A program made the translations under genes and the position numbers. From assembly GCA_963746935.1 (NCBI GenBank), contig CAVVDU010000038.1:5267-69266 (forward strand): a DNA stretch of 64,000 nt. Direction: 5' to 3'. The stretch's first letter is position 1. Every line of letters starts with the position of its first letter. The notes under the pieces were generated by a model. It did no database searches. It had not been told where the DNA came from and was given only the letters and a program-made list of their open reading frames with translations. The DNA comes from an uncultured delta proteobacterium (lineage in GTDB: Bacteria > Desulfobacterota > Desulfuromonadia > Geobacterales > Geobacteraceae). Positions 10,032-19,641 of the stretch are shown piece by piece.

Positions 10032-10919
10032 ATGGCTATTAAAAAAGGAATTATACTCGCGGGAGGGGCCGGCAGCCGGCTCTACCCGTTAACCCTCGTT
10101 GCCAGCAAACAGCTGCAGCCGGTCTATGACAAGCCAATGATTTACTATCCCTTGGCGACGCTCATGGCGGCAGGTCTTCAGGACATCCTGATCATCTCAA
10201 CCCCTCATGACACCCCCCGCTTCCAGTCGCTGCTTGGTGATGGTTCCCGCTGGGGAATCCGCATAAGCTACAAGGTTCAGCCAGAGCCGAAGGGGATTGC
10301 CCAGGCATTTCTTGTCGGTGAAGAATTTATCGGTGACGATTCAGTCTGTCTGATCCTTGGCGACAACATCTTTTACGGTAAGATGGAGCTTGACAAGGCG
10401 GTAGCGGAGTTTGACACGGGCGCGAAGATTTTCGGCTACTATGTCCATGATCCCGAACGCTACGGAGTTGTCGAATTTGACAATAGCGGGCAGGCAATCG
10501 GCATTGAAGAGAAGCCGGCGAATCCCAAGACCCATTATGCAGTGCCGGGATTGTACCTGTACGATAACAAGGTGGTTGAAATTACCAAGACGATGCGCCC
10601 TTCAGCACGTGATGAACTGGAGATCACCGACCTGAATCTTGAATATCTTCGACGCGGAGAGCTGCGGGTCGAGAGGTTGGGGAGAGGAATTGCCTGGCTT
10701 GATACCGGCACGCACCAGAGTCTCCTGGAGGCCAGCCATTTTATTGGAACCCTCGAGGCTCGACAGGGTCTGAAGATAGCCTGCCTGGAAGAAATAGCCT
10801 TCCGGCTCGGATTTATCGATGCTGAAGGAATGGAAAAGGCGATTGCGGAGACTCCGAAATCAGGGTATCGTGACTATCTTGCCCGTGTTTTCGCGGAAAT
10901 TATGCACAAGGAGCTGTAG
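10032..10919 (+). CDS. rfbA: glucose-1-phosphate thymidylyltransferase
   Basis: [25 protein letters not shown] and [19 protein letters not shown]. The start was set at MAIKKG (10032) rather than the upstream track start at 9966. Confidence 0.92.
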   Translation: MAIKKGIILAGGAGSRLYPLTLVASKQLQPVYDKPMIYYPLATLMAAGLQDILIISTPHDTPRFQSLLGDGSRWGIRISYKVQPEPKGIAQAFLVGEEFIGDDSVCLILGDNIFYGKMELDKAVAEFDTGAKIFGYYVHDPERYGVVEFDNSGQAIGIEEKPANPKTHYAVPGLYLYDNKVVEITKTMRPSARDELEITDLNLEYLRRGELRVERLGRGIAWLDTGTHQSLLEASHFIGTLEARQGLKIACLEEIAFRLGFIDAEGMEKAIAETPKSGYRDYLARVFAEIMHKEL

Positions 10920-10920
10920 T

Positions 10921-11412
10921 GTGACGGAAAAGGCTAACAGATATACCCCTGGAAAAATTCATGACGTTGTTGTGCGACCCCTTACGAAGTTTCTGGATGA
11001 TAGGGGCTGGCTTTCGGAGCTGTTTCGGCTTGACGAGCTGGAGGGCCAGATGGTCCCGGTAATGTCCTATCTTTCCATGACAAAACCGGGAGTTGCCCGC
11101 GGCCCGCATGAGCATGTGGACCAGACGGATTATTTCTGCTTTCTCGGACCGTCGAACTTCAGGATCTATCTTTGGGATGCACGCCCCGATTCACCGACAT
11201 TCGGTGTCAGCCAGTGTTTTTATGCCGGACTCGATGCTCCCCGGATGGTGATCGTTCCTCCGGGAGTTGTGCATGCCTACAAGAATGTCGGTATTGAAAA
11301 CGGTTTGGTGTTCAACGCCCCTGACAGGCTCTATGCAGGGGAAGGGAAGAAGAGCCCCGTTGATGAAATTCGTCACGAAGAAACCGAAGGCTCTCCCTTT
11401 TCTCTTGACTGA
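10921..11412 (+). CDS. dTDP-4-dehydrorhamnose 3,5-epimerase-like cupin (short RmlC-type)
   Basis: FLDDRGWLSELFR, GPHEH and VPPGVVHAY are RmlC-like cupin motifs. The GTG start lies immediately after the rfbA stop (tag t gtg). Confidence 0.72.
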   Translation: MTEKANRYTPGKIHDVVVRPLTKFLDDRGWLSELFRLDELEGQMVPVMSYLSMTKPGVARGPHEHVDQTDYFCFLGPSNFRIYLWDARPDSPTFGVSQCFYAGLDAPRMVIVPPGVVHAYKNVGIENGLVFNAPDRLYAGEGKKSPVDEIRHEETEGSPFSLD

Positions 11413-11486
11413 TTTGACACATTTCCTGAGGGATCACCGGAAAGTGGGGGAGGGGATGATTCGCCTCCCTTCGCCGTTTTGGAACC

Positions 11487-12299
11487 ATGCTCAATTTTAT
11501 TAGAAAACACCACATCCGGCTCATAGCCGGTATCGCTCTTCTGGCAGCACTCCTCTTTTATTCGCTTCATCTGCGCCAGAAGGAGCACACGACCGCCTTC
11601 GAAAAGACTATCCTTACGATATCGGCCCCTGTCGGCGGACTGGTATTCAGGGCCAACCTTTTTATTGCGGGGATCTGGGATAACTACATTTCCCTTGTCG
11701 ATGTCCGCAAGGAAAACGATCAGCTGCGGGAACAGGTAAAGCAGTTGAATGCGAGGGTAATCCAGAATCGAGAAGCAGTTCTGGCAAGCGAACGCCTGCA
11801 GCAGTTGCTGAAACTGCGGAATGCCATGCATGTGCCCACCATTGCGGCCCGGATCATTGGCGAGGATGTTACCCCTTGGTTCAGAACCGTTATTATTGAC
11901 CGGGGTTCCGTTGATGGTGTGCGGGAAGGGATGCCGGTGGTTGCCTCGGGCGGTGTCGTCGGACGTGTTGTCCGCGTGGCTTCCACGAGTTCCCGGCTGC
12001 TTCTTTTAACGGACAATGCCAGCGCCATTGCAGCAACCGTCCAGCGTTCCCGTGCCCGAGGCGTTGTAAAGGGAAAAAGCGGCCAGCTCTGTTCCCTGGA
12101 ATTCTCCCAGAGAGGGGAAGATGTCAAGGTGGGGGATATTATCGTCACTTCCGGAATCGGAGGGGTGTTCCCGAATGCACTTCCATTGGGTGAGGTTACC
12201 ATGGTAAGAAAAGGAGAATACGGGATCTTTCAATCTGTGGAATTGAGGCCTTTCGTTTCCATGTCACATCTTGAAGAAGTTCTGGTACTTCTTCAATAG
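11487..12299 (+). CDS. mreC: rod shape-determining protein MreC
   Basis: It has an N-terminal TM helix, a coiled coil (ENDQLREQVKQLNARV) and beta-barrel repeats (GMPVVASGGVVGRVV, IVTSGIGGVFPNALPLG). Confidence 0.85.
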   Translation: MLNFIRKHHIRLIAGIALLAALLFYSLHLRQKEHTTAFEKTILTISAPVGGLVFRANLFIAGIWDNYISLVDVRKENDQLREQVKQLNARVIQNREAVLASERLQQLLKLRNAMHVPTIAARIIGEDVTPWFRTVIIDRGSVDGVREGMPVVASGGVVGRVVRVASTSSRLLLLTDNASAIAATVQRSRARGVVKGKSGQLCSLEFSQRGEDVKVGDIIVTSGIGGVFPNALPLGEVTMVRKGEYGIFQSVELRPFVSMSHLEEVLVLLQ

Positions 12300-12442
12300 C
12301 TGGTGACTTTGATGCCTCCAGGAGTGCAAGGCCATGATTGATTCCGGCCAGATGCAGCATTCGGGTGCTCGGCTATGGCTGTTGCCATTCCGGTTGCCGC
12401 GTGGAATCAGTGCGGCCATTCGGATGAACGGGTCTTTTACGT

Positions 12443-12931
12443 ATGCTCAAGTATCTTAATATCCTCGTCCTCGTCATCATAGGGATCATTTTTCAGGTAA
12501 ACATTTTTCCCGCTTACCTTGCAGATCCCTTCAAGCCGAACGTGCTGCTTATTTTTGTCGTTTACTTCGGTTTTCGCGCCGGGCTTCGTTTCGGGGCGCC
12601 CTGTTCCTTCCTGCTCGGCCTTGTCCAGGATACCTTCAGCGGGATTTATTTCGGCCTGAATGCATTCTCCTTCCTGCTGATTTTCACTCTCTACCATGAG
12701 GTGGCTGCCCGTTTGTATACCGGTAGTCGAACTTTGCTGGTTCTCGGCACTGTGCTGGCAATTGTAATAAATGCCAGCATCCAATTTCTACTCCTGCTTC
12801 TATTCTCATCTTCTGACGGAGCTTTTTCCTCTATTTTCGGGGCAATTCTTCCCCAAGGGCTTGCAACAGCTATCGTTTCTGCATGTGTTGTTGTCCTTTT
12901 TCCACGAGCCGGCAGGGAGGAATTTCCATGA
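12443..12931 (+). CDS. mreD: rod shape-determining protein MreD
   Basis: This is a 162-aa polytopic membrane protein in the canonical position between mreC and mrdA. Its stop overlaps the mrdA start. Confidence 0.8.
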   Translation: MLKYLNILVLVIIGIIFQVNIFPAYLADPFKPNVLLIFVVYFGFRAGLRFGAPCSFLLGLVQDTFSGIYFGLNAFSFLLIFTLYHEVAARLYTGSRTLLVLGTVLAIVINASIQFLLLLLFSSSDGAFSSIFGAILPQGLATAIVSACVVVLFPRAGREEFP

Positions 12932-14847
12932 AGGGCCAGCGTTTTATCCGGGAGGTACGGGATCCTTCCCGTCGCCTGCTCATTCTGACTATTGGCGTTT
13001 CGGTGGTGTTCTTTTTTCTGCTGATGCGCCTCTGGTACCTGCAGATCGTAAAGTCCGAGGACTTTCAGAACCTTTCTGAAAACAACCGATTGCGTCTTGT
13101 CCCTGTTGCAGCCTCACGGGGTACGATTCTTGACCGGAACGGGGCTGTCCTGGTGGATAACCTCCCCTCTTTCAGTATTGCCGTTATTCCCCAGGAGGTT
13201 ACTGACAAGGAGGGGTTGCTGAAAAGTTTGTCCAGGCTTGTGGGGATGAATGAGGCCGACCTGTCGGAGAAATGGGAAAAGGCCAGGAAACAGAACCGCT
13301 ACCAGCCCATTATCCTTGCATCGAACATTACCCGTGATCAACTGGAGATTCTCGAAGAGAACCAGCTGTTTCTTCCCGGTCTTGATATCGAGATGCACCC
13401 TATTCGGGCATACTCTCATGGTCTCCTCGGTGCACATCTGTTTGGACATCTGGGCGAGATCTCTGAACAGGAACTGGGGAGCGATCGCTTTAAGCGATAC
13501 AATCCCGGTGATTATGTGGGTAAGAGCGGTATTGAAAGGTACTGGGAGAAGGAGTTGCATGGTAACGACGGCGGGCGCCAGATCGAGGTTGATGCCATGG
13601 GAAGATTCCTGCGAACGGTCAGTGAGCGGAGTCCGACAACAGGCAACAGCCTGGAACTCACCATTGATCTTTCATTGCAGAAAGCGGCCGAGTCTGCCTT
13701 TGGAGAGCAGGCCGGTGCTGCAGTCGCATTGGATGTGAACACCGGAGAGGTTCTTGCCTTTGTCAGCAACCCTTCCTTCGACCCGGCTCTTTTTGCCGGG
13801 AGACTTCCTGCCGAGACATGGAACAAATACCTGAACGATATGCGCCATCCTCTTGAAGACAAGGCCCTGACGGGGCAATATCCTCCTGGCTCAACCTTTA
13901 AAATTGTCACCGCAATCGCCGGCCTGGAAGAGGGTCTGATCGACGAGAATACTACCGTTACCTGTACAGGCTCCTATAAGTTTGGCAACAGGTCTTTTGG
14001 CTGCTGGAAAAAGACAGGCCACGGGACGGTAAACCTGAGAAAGGCGCTTCGCGAGTCGTGTGATGTTTACTTCTATCACCTTGGTGAGCAACTCGGAGTG
14101 GATAAGATAGCATTCTATGCCAAAAAGTTAGGTTTAGGCGCACCCCTCGGGATAGGTCTCGAAAATGAAAAAGCTGGACTGATCCCCACGACGGCATGGA
14201 AAGAGAAAAAATACGGGAAAAAGTGGCTTAGTGGAGAGACCCTTTCCGTGGCCATCGGGCAGGGGTACGTGCTGGCAACACCCCTGCAGCTTGCTGAGAT
14301 GACTGCCGAGGTTGCCAATGAGGGGATGGTCTACGCTCCCCACCTGGTAAGGAAAGTCATAAGCCCCGAAGGTAAGGTCTTGCAAGAAATTCACCCAACC
14401 CTGGTCAGGAGGGTGAATTTCAAGAGCAAAACCTGGCAAGCTGTCAAGAGAGGGCTTTATGCGGTTGTCAACGAACCGGGTGGTACCGGCGCGGCTGCCC
14501 GGCTTTACGAAGTGAAGGTGGCCGGGAAAACCGGCACTTCCCAGGTTGTTAAACTCCGTGACCGCCGGGGAGGCATTCCTTACAAGTATCGTGATCATGC
14601 TCTTTTTGTGGCTTTTGCGCCCTACGATAAACCGGAGATTGCCGTTGCCGTTGTCGTGGAGCACGGCGAGCATGGCGGGTCAGCGGCAGGGCCCATTGCA
14701 GCCAAAATTCTGCGTGCCTACTTTGAGGGAAAAGGGGTCATAAAAAAGCCGGTGACCCATAAAAGCTATTCTTCCGCAGTCGCACCGAGTGATTCCCCGA
14801 AGGCCAGAATCCGGTGGATCGGTTCCAGAGGAGCAGAACGGGAATGA
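12928..14847 (+). CDS. mrdA: penicillin-binding protein 2 (elongasome transpeptidase)
   Basis: SxxK motif PPGSTFKIVTA, then SCDVYF and KTGTSQV. ATG 12928 overlaps the mreD stop. The track start at 12883 is upstream. Confidence 0.92.
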   Translation: MKGQRFIREVRDPSRRLLILTIGVSVVFFFLLMRLWYLQIVKSEDFQNLSENNRLRLVPVAASRGTILDRNGAVLVDNLPSFSIAVIPQEVTDKEGLLKSLSRLVGMNEADLSEKWEKARKQNRYQPIILASNITRDQLEILEENQLFLPGLDIEMHPIRAYSHGLLGAHLFGHLGEISEQELGSDRFKRYNPGDYVGKSGIERYWEKELHGNDGGRQIEVDAMGRFLRTVSERSPTTGNSLELTIDLSLQKAAESAFGEQAGAAVALDVNTGEVLAFVSNPSFDPALFAGRLPAETWNKYLNDMRHPLEDKALTGQYPPGSTFKIVTAIAGLEEGLIDENTTVTCTGSYKFGNRSFGCWKKTGHGTVNLRKALRESCDVYFYHLGEQLGVDKIAFYAKKLGLGAPLGIGLENEKAGLIPTTAWKEKKYGKKWLSGETLSVAIGQGYVLATPLQLAEMTAEVANEGMVYAPHLVRKVISPEGKVLQEIHPTLVRRVNFKSKTWQAVKRGLYAVVNEPGGTGAAARLYEVKVAGKTGTSQVVKLRDRRGGIPYKYRDHALFVAFAPYDKPEIAVAVVVEHGEHGGSAAGPIAAKILRAYFEGKGVIKKPVTHKSYSSAVAPSDSPKARIRWIGSRGAERE

Positions 14848-15944
14848 TTGATCGCAGACTTTTTATAAATTTTGATTGGGGATTTTTACTGCTGGTCCTG
14901 CTTATTGCCGGGATCGGAGTGATGAACATTTCCAGCGCAACCGCATCCTACACCATGCAGGATACCTCTTATGCCCTAAAACAGATTTACTGGATTCTTA
15001 TCGGTCTGTTCATTGTTGTTCAGGTCTGCAGTATTGATTATCATCTCTTTGAGGATGTCGCCTATTGGTGTTTCGGGATACTTATACTCCTTCTTGTTGT
15101 GGTATTGCTTTTGGGGAAAACTTCCATGGGGGCAACCCGTTGGTTGCATCTCGGCTTTATCAGTTTCCAACCTTCGGAATTCATGAAGATTGTCATCATA
15201 ATGGTCTTTGCCAGCTACCTGGCTAATTTTACCGCAAAGGGTGGTTTGTCCTTCAAGGATCTCGTTAAACCCTTTTTTCTCTTGGGCATTCCGACGATTC
15301 TTATCATGAAACAGCCTGACCTGGGCACTGCTATGCTCGTGGTTCTGATAGCTGTTTCCATGATTCTCTATACGGGTGTTCGCTTCAGGGCCATCGTAAC
15401 TCTTCTGCTGGCGGCACTTCCCACCGTCTTTCTCGGCTGGCGCTACTACTTGCGAGACTACCAGAAGGAGCGGTTGTTGAATTTTCTCTCCCCTGAAAGA
15501 GACCCGCTCGGAAGCGGCTATCACATTATTCAGAGCAAGATAGCCGTCGGTTCCGGGGGGTTGACCGGAAAGGGTTTCATGCAGGGAACGCAGACACAAC
15601 TCCGATTCCTTCCGGAACAGCACACGGATTTTGCTTTTTCCGTTTTTTCAGAGGAGTGGGGTTTCCTTGGCTGCCTGGTTGTGCTGCTGCTCTACTTTTT
15701 CCTTATCCTCTGGGGTCTGAACATTGCACGAAGATGCAACGATCAGTTCGGCAGGCTCATGGCTGTGGGGGTGTCGGCCATGCTATTCTGGCATATAGTC
15801 ATCAATATCGGCATGGTGATCGGTCTCTTTCCGGTTGTTGGCGTGCCTCTCCCGCTGTTTTCCTATGGCGGGACATCCATGATTACATCCATGGTCGGGC
15901 TTGGAATTCTGCTGAATATCCGTATGCGAAGGTTTATGTTCTGA
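14844..15944 (+). CDS. rodA: SEDS-family peptidoglycan polymerase RodA
   Basis: FQPSEFMK, QPDLGTA, GSGYHIIQSKIAVGSGG and LPEQHTDFAF are SEDS signatures. ATG 14844 overlaps the mrdA stop (atga). Confidence 0.92.
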   Translation: MIDRRLFINFDWGFLLLVLLIAGIGVMNISSATASYTMQDTSYALKQIYWILIGLFIVVQVCSIDYHLFEDVAYWCFGILILLLVVVLLLGKTSMGATRWLHLGFISFQPSEFMKIVIIMVFASYLANFTAKGGLSFKDLVKPFFLLGIPTILIMKQPDLGTAMLVVLIAVSMILYTGVRFRAIVTLLLAALPTVFLGWRYYLRDYQKERLLNFLSPERDPLGSGYHIIQSKIAVGSGGLTGKGFMQGTQTQLRFLPEQHTDFAFSVFSEEWGFLGCLVVLLLYFFLILWGLNIARRCNDQFGRLMAVGVSAMLFWHIVINIGMVIGLFPVVGVPLPLFSYGGTSMITSMVGLGILLNIRMRRFMF

Positions 15945-16204
15945 CGACAGAATAGAAAGCTCTTGTCATGCTATTTTGGAAGAGAATGGGCAGAGTCGAA
16001 GCGTGAACCGCCATTTTCTTGCACAATATTTTAATCGAGGTGCCAGCAAATAAAACCGATCAGGGCGCCACTGGTGTGGAGGTCTCGCAATATAGAGGCC
16101 TTTCTTTTATGATGTCTGCGAGAACCTTTCTACTACACATGGGGCTGTAACACAACGATGTTTCCATCGCCTTAAAAACGCAGGTTGGTGACGACGCAGG
16201 TACT

Positions 16205-17062
16205 CTATGCGAACCTGTTCATCATCCACCCGGCGATACTTTTCATGGAAAAGGTTGAGGGCAGGGAGTCCCTCTGGAACCAGGTCGCTTCTTCAAGTTC
16301 CTCCCGGTCAACAACTATTTCACCTTGTGCATAGTCGGCCGTGAAGCCGATCATCAGTTGGCCGGGAAAGGGCCAGCACTGACTGCCTATGTACCGCAGA
16401 TTTCTGATGCCGATGCCGGTTTCTTCCGTTACCTCCCGGCGGGCGCATTCTTCCAGGGATTCCCCGAAATCACAGAACCCTGATGGAAGGCTGTAGTAAC
16501 CGGGCGGCCATTCGGCCTTGCGAACGAGGAGGACTTCGTCTTCACGTCTCACGAGTACCAGCGTGCAGGGGTGGATGGAGGGAAAGTGCTCGTAGCCGCA
16601 TGCCCGGCATCTTTTCCCCCATGTGCCGGCAATCCTGTTTATGCCGCCACCACAGCGCGGGCAAACCGCGCTCTTTCTTTCCCAGGAGAGGATCTGCTGT
16701 GCCCGACCGGCAAGACTCATCAGGTTGTCAGGAAGCCTTTCGTGAAAAAAGGTCAGCAGCAGGGGTTCTTTGGTGCAACAAGGAGGGATAGTGGTTTCGG
16801 AACCGACATCCAGTATCCGCAGAGGCTTTTCCCTCCAGTATCCGATAAACAGGGGGGTACCGGAATTATCGGCCCAGGAAGGGAGATCTCCTTCGAGTAG
16901 AAAATGGTTACCCTCGCAAACGTCAAACACCAGGGAATCATCCTGAACAATGACCCACCAGCCTGGACCTCCGGGATCTGCTTCCCCCGGGTGTCCGGAG
17001 ATGAAATCATCTCCGAGCGGAGAGGTGTTGAAAGGCAGTGTTGAAGCCTCGGGATATTCCAT
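16205..17062 (-). CDS. nudC: NAD+ diphosphatase (NADH pyrophosphatase) NudC-type Nudix hydrolase
   Basis: It has a zinc ribbon (CPRCGG...CRACG) followed by the Nudix box GFCDFGESLEECARREVTEETGI. The start is at ATG 17062 (MEYPEA), with aggaga 5 nt upstream. The track ORF extends to 17128. Confidence 0.8.
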   Translation of the reverse strand: MEYPEASTLPFNTSPLGDDFISGHPGEADPGGPGWWVIVQDDSLVFDVCEGNHFLLEGDLPSWADNSGTPLFIGYWREKPLRILDVGSETTIPPCCTKEPLLLTFFHERLPDNLMSLAGRAQQILSWERKSAVCPRCGGGINRIAGTWGKRCRACGYEHFPSIHPCTLVLVRREDEVLLVRKAEWPPGYYSLPSGFCDFGESLEECARREVTEETGIGIRNLRYIGSQCWPFPGQLMIGFTADYAQGEIVVDREELEEATWFQRDSLPSTFSMKSIAGWMMNRFA

Positions 17063-17103
17063 GTCTATCTCCTGTGTCAATAGCTGTATTTCGCGCACGG
17101 TAA

Positions 17104-17754
17104 TCAGTGACCGGCTGCGTTTCCCCATAGCTCCCTGAGCCGCTTGTCCCTTCCGCAGGAAAACCGGTAGTATTTGTAGCGTAGCGGATTTTTGCGGTAA
17201 TAATCCTGATGGTATTCTTCTGCTGGGTAGAATGTGCCTGCCGGAGTTATTTCGGTAACGATCGGCCCTGGAAAAGGCTTTGTTTTTTCCAGGGCCTCTT
17301 TTGATTCCAGGGCCAGCTTTTTTTGCATCTCGTTTTGATAAAAGATGGCGGTCCGGTATTGGTTACCCGAGTCACAGAATTGACGGTTTAAAGCGGTCGG
17401 ATCGATATTGTGCCAGAACACCTGCAGCAGTTGGGAATAGGTAATTTTAGACGGATCAAACTCGATTCGAACGGATTCAGCGTGGCCGGTGTTCCCCGCG
17501 GAAACCTCTTCATAGCTGGGATTGGCGGTTTTGCCGCCCGTATAGCCCGCTGTCACACGGATGACGCCATCCAGCTTTTCAAAGGGTGGCTCCATGCACC
17601 AGAAACATCCTCCGGCAAAAGTTGCGGTTTCGATATTTTTCCCTGTTCTGCCCGGGGCGTCGCTTTGTGGTGAGTCGGTGAAGAGGAAGAGCAGGAGCAG
17701 AAGCAGAAGGAGTGCCGGAATAGTCAGTCCGATACCTTTCCAGATATTTTTCAT
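17104..17754 (-). CDS. msrA: peptide-methionine (S)-S-oxide reductase MsrA with N-terminal signal peptide
   Basis: The catalytic motif GGCFWCMEP, plus GYTGG and HDPT-like NIDPT. The start is at ATG 17754 (MKNIWKGIGLTIPALLLLLLLLF), with gggaga 7 nt upstream. Confidence 0.92.
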   Translation of the reverse strand: MKNIWKGIGLTIPALLLLLLLLFLFTDSPQSDAPGRTGKNIETATFAGGCFWCMEPPFEKLDGVIRVTAGYTGGKTANPSYEEVSAGNTGHAESVRIEFDPSKITYSQLLQVFWHNIDPTALNRQFCDSGNQYRTAIFYQNEMQKKLALESKEALEKTKPFPGPIVTEITPAGTFYPAEEYHQDYYRKNPLRYKYYRFSCGRDKRLRELWGNAAGH

Positions 17755-17779
17755 GGGGTGTTCTCCCGGGTATTCTTGT

Positions 17780-18259
17780 TTACGCCAGTCCGAAGTGAGG
17801 TACGGTTGGTCTCGGAAGAATCCTGATGGCTTCATCCTTTGCCTTGTAAATTGAGGAGATTTCGATAATAGCCGTTGTAATCATGGCCGCAACGGAAAAC
17901 TTGTCGATGTTTCCACCCGAACCAAGAAACTGACTGTAATGATAGAGTATCGAGCCGTCCGGTTGTACGACGATCCTCCCGACTTTCAGTTCCGTGCTCT
18001 GGTAACGCATGAAAAAGGAGGTAATATGCTGGGAAAGTTCTTCAGAAAGCTCGACGGCCATCACTGCAACGGTGAAATTGAGTGTCTGAATGATGGCCTG
18101 TGGAATTCTGATGGAGCAGGAAACGACCCTGTTTGGCAATCCCGGTGTATCCGGCGTCGGAACAATGAGTGAAAACCAGACCGTGTTGGGTGCGGTTTTT
18201 TCATATTTAATTCCCTTGGATTCAAGATAATCCATAACCGCTTTCAGAGCCGGTTTCAT
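17780..18259 (-). CDS. hypothetical protein, possibly YbjN-like (secretion-chaperone-like fold)
   Basis: This 159-aa soluble ORF has a start that overlaps the DUF3999 stop by 4 nt. The YbjN assignment rests only on size and alternating pattern and is weak. Confidence 0.45.
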   Translation of the reverse strand: MKPALKAVMDYLESKGIKYEKTAPNTVWFSLIVPTPDTPGLPNRVVSCSIRIPQAIIQTLNFTVAVMAVELSEELSQHITSFFMRYQSTELKVGRIVVQPDGSILYHYSQFLGSGGNIDKFSVAAMITTAIIEISSIYKAKDEAIRILPRPTVPHFGLA

Positions 18260-19641
18260 TTTTCATCTCCCTTCGTGATGTTCATTTGGCGGTGGAGACG
18301 CAGGGCCATCCAAGCCAGTATTCCCACCCCGAGAAGCAGAAGAGACCAGAGAACCGCCGTTGTAGTATCGTAGGGCAACAGCGGCTTCTGTAGCGCAGCT
18401 TTCCCTGACAGGATTGCCGGGGGCCCCGGTACTGCGTCCCCTGCGACATACCTTTCCTTGTGTTGATCGGAAAATTGCCGGAACAATGTGCTACCGCCAT
18501 GGGCGCAATTCTCCGGTTTCCCGCTACCGTAGGCCAGTTGGAAAGGGCTTTCGCCACGGGCAAGGAAAAGAATCTGCGCGGGTACCCATCCCAACTTGAC
18601 CACCGGCAGGCCTTTCCCGATACCGCCACTGCCCTGATCGATCCGCATGAGACGATACCGGTCGCTGGAGGCCGGCAGGACAATGTCGGGGGAGGTTATC
18701 TCCTCTCCCTTTATGCGAAGACGGTAGAGGAGCACCGAGGTTCCCTGCTTCCAGGGATCTTTTTCTGTTGCCCGCGAGAAAAAGCTGGCCTGGATGAGGG
18801 TGTTTTCCTGGGGAAGGTGGACGCGGATCCTGTCCACCGGCATCAGCCCGCCTGTGGTGAAAAGGTAGTCGCCCGATCGACTTGAGCGGCGCGTAGTGTT
18901 GACGCTTGCCCAGTGGCGCGGCAGCTCCGAAGCTGATGTAGAGAGGCGTGCGACGACCGATGTGAGTCTCGGGATTTCCGCTTCAGAAGCAGATGAAAGA
19001 CGATAATATTTCATTTTCGAGCCGTTTAACTCGATAACGCGGCGCTCCAGGTTGTTGTCACCGTAGCGGAGGCTTATGATAATGGCTGACGGGACAATGA
19101 GTGTCCAGTCTTCCAGATTGTCACTTCCCTCAACCTTGAGTTTGGCAGCTGTTCCCTCGGACTGCTCTTCCCATTCCAGGGTAAGGTCTTTAAGGGGGAC
19201 TTTCAAAGAGGATGCATCCAGCAGGTAGGCGGTAATCCTGGTCGGCCGTGTACTTGGCGCTGCCGTTTCTACACTGACAATTGAACCTCCGTTGCCCTTT
19301 TTGACAATCAGGGACACACTGCCGGATTCCTGGAGCCGGGAACCCGATACCGGGAACAGGTTGATTTTCCGGGATTCCGGGGTTGTCGGGGAAGGGGCGG
19401 AGCTCCGGGACAGGGTGAAGGGAACAACCTCTCCTTGACTGTTGAAGACGCACAGGTCACCCAGATCACCCCTCGTTACCGTACGATAGACTATGTCGGG
19501 CAAGGTACATTGGTACAGCGCATCCGTGCCCCCGGTTTGCAGGGGGATCCCGTAGGCGAAGTCTCCCGGCCGGGAATCCCTGGCCTGGGCGGTTACCGTA
19601 ATCAAAAACAGGAGCGTGACTGCGATCCAGAGAGGCTTCAT
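18256..19641 (-). CDS. DUF3999-family exported protein with C-terminal TM anchor
   Basis: It has a signal peptide (MKPLWIAVTLLFLITVTAQA), the N-terminal pattern ...ALYQCTLPDIVYRTVTRGDLGDLCVFNSQGEVVPF and a C-terminal helix (VLWSLLLLGVGILAWMAL). It sits directly downstream of a DUF2339 gene, which is the usual pairing as I recall it. Confidence 0.7.
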   Translation of the reverse strand: MKPLWIAVTLLFLITVTAQARDSRPGDFAYGIPLQTGGTDALYQCTLPDIVYRTVTRGDLGDLCVFNSQGEVVPFTLSRSSAPSPTTPESRKINLFPVSGSRLQESGSVSLIVKKGNGGSIVSVETAAPSTRPTRITAYLLDASSLKVPLKDLTLEWEEQSEGTAAKLKVEGSDNLEDWTLIVPSAIIISLRYGDNNLERRVIELNGSKMKYYRLSSASEAEIPRLTSVVARLSTSASELPRHWASVNTTRRSSRSGDYLFTTGGLMPVDRIRVHLPQENTLIQASFFSRATEKDPWKQGTSVLLYRLRIKGEEITSPDIVLPASSDRYRLMRIDQGSGGIGKGLPVVKLGWVPAQILFLARGESPFQLAYGSGKPENCAHGGSTLFRQFSDQHKERYVAGDAVPGPPAILSGKAALQKPLLPYDTTTAVLWSLLLLGVGILAWMALRLHRQMNITKGDEK

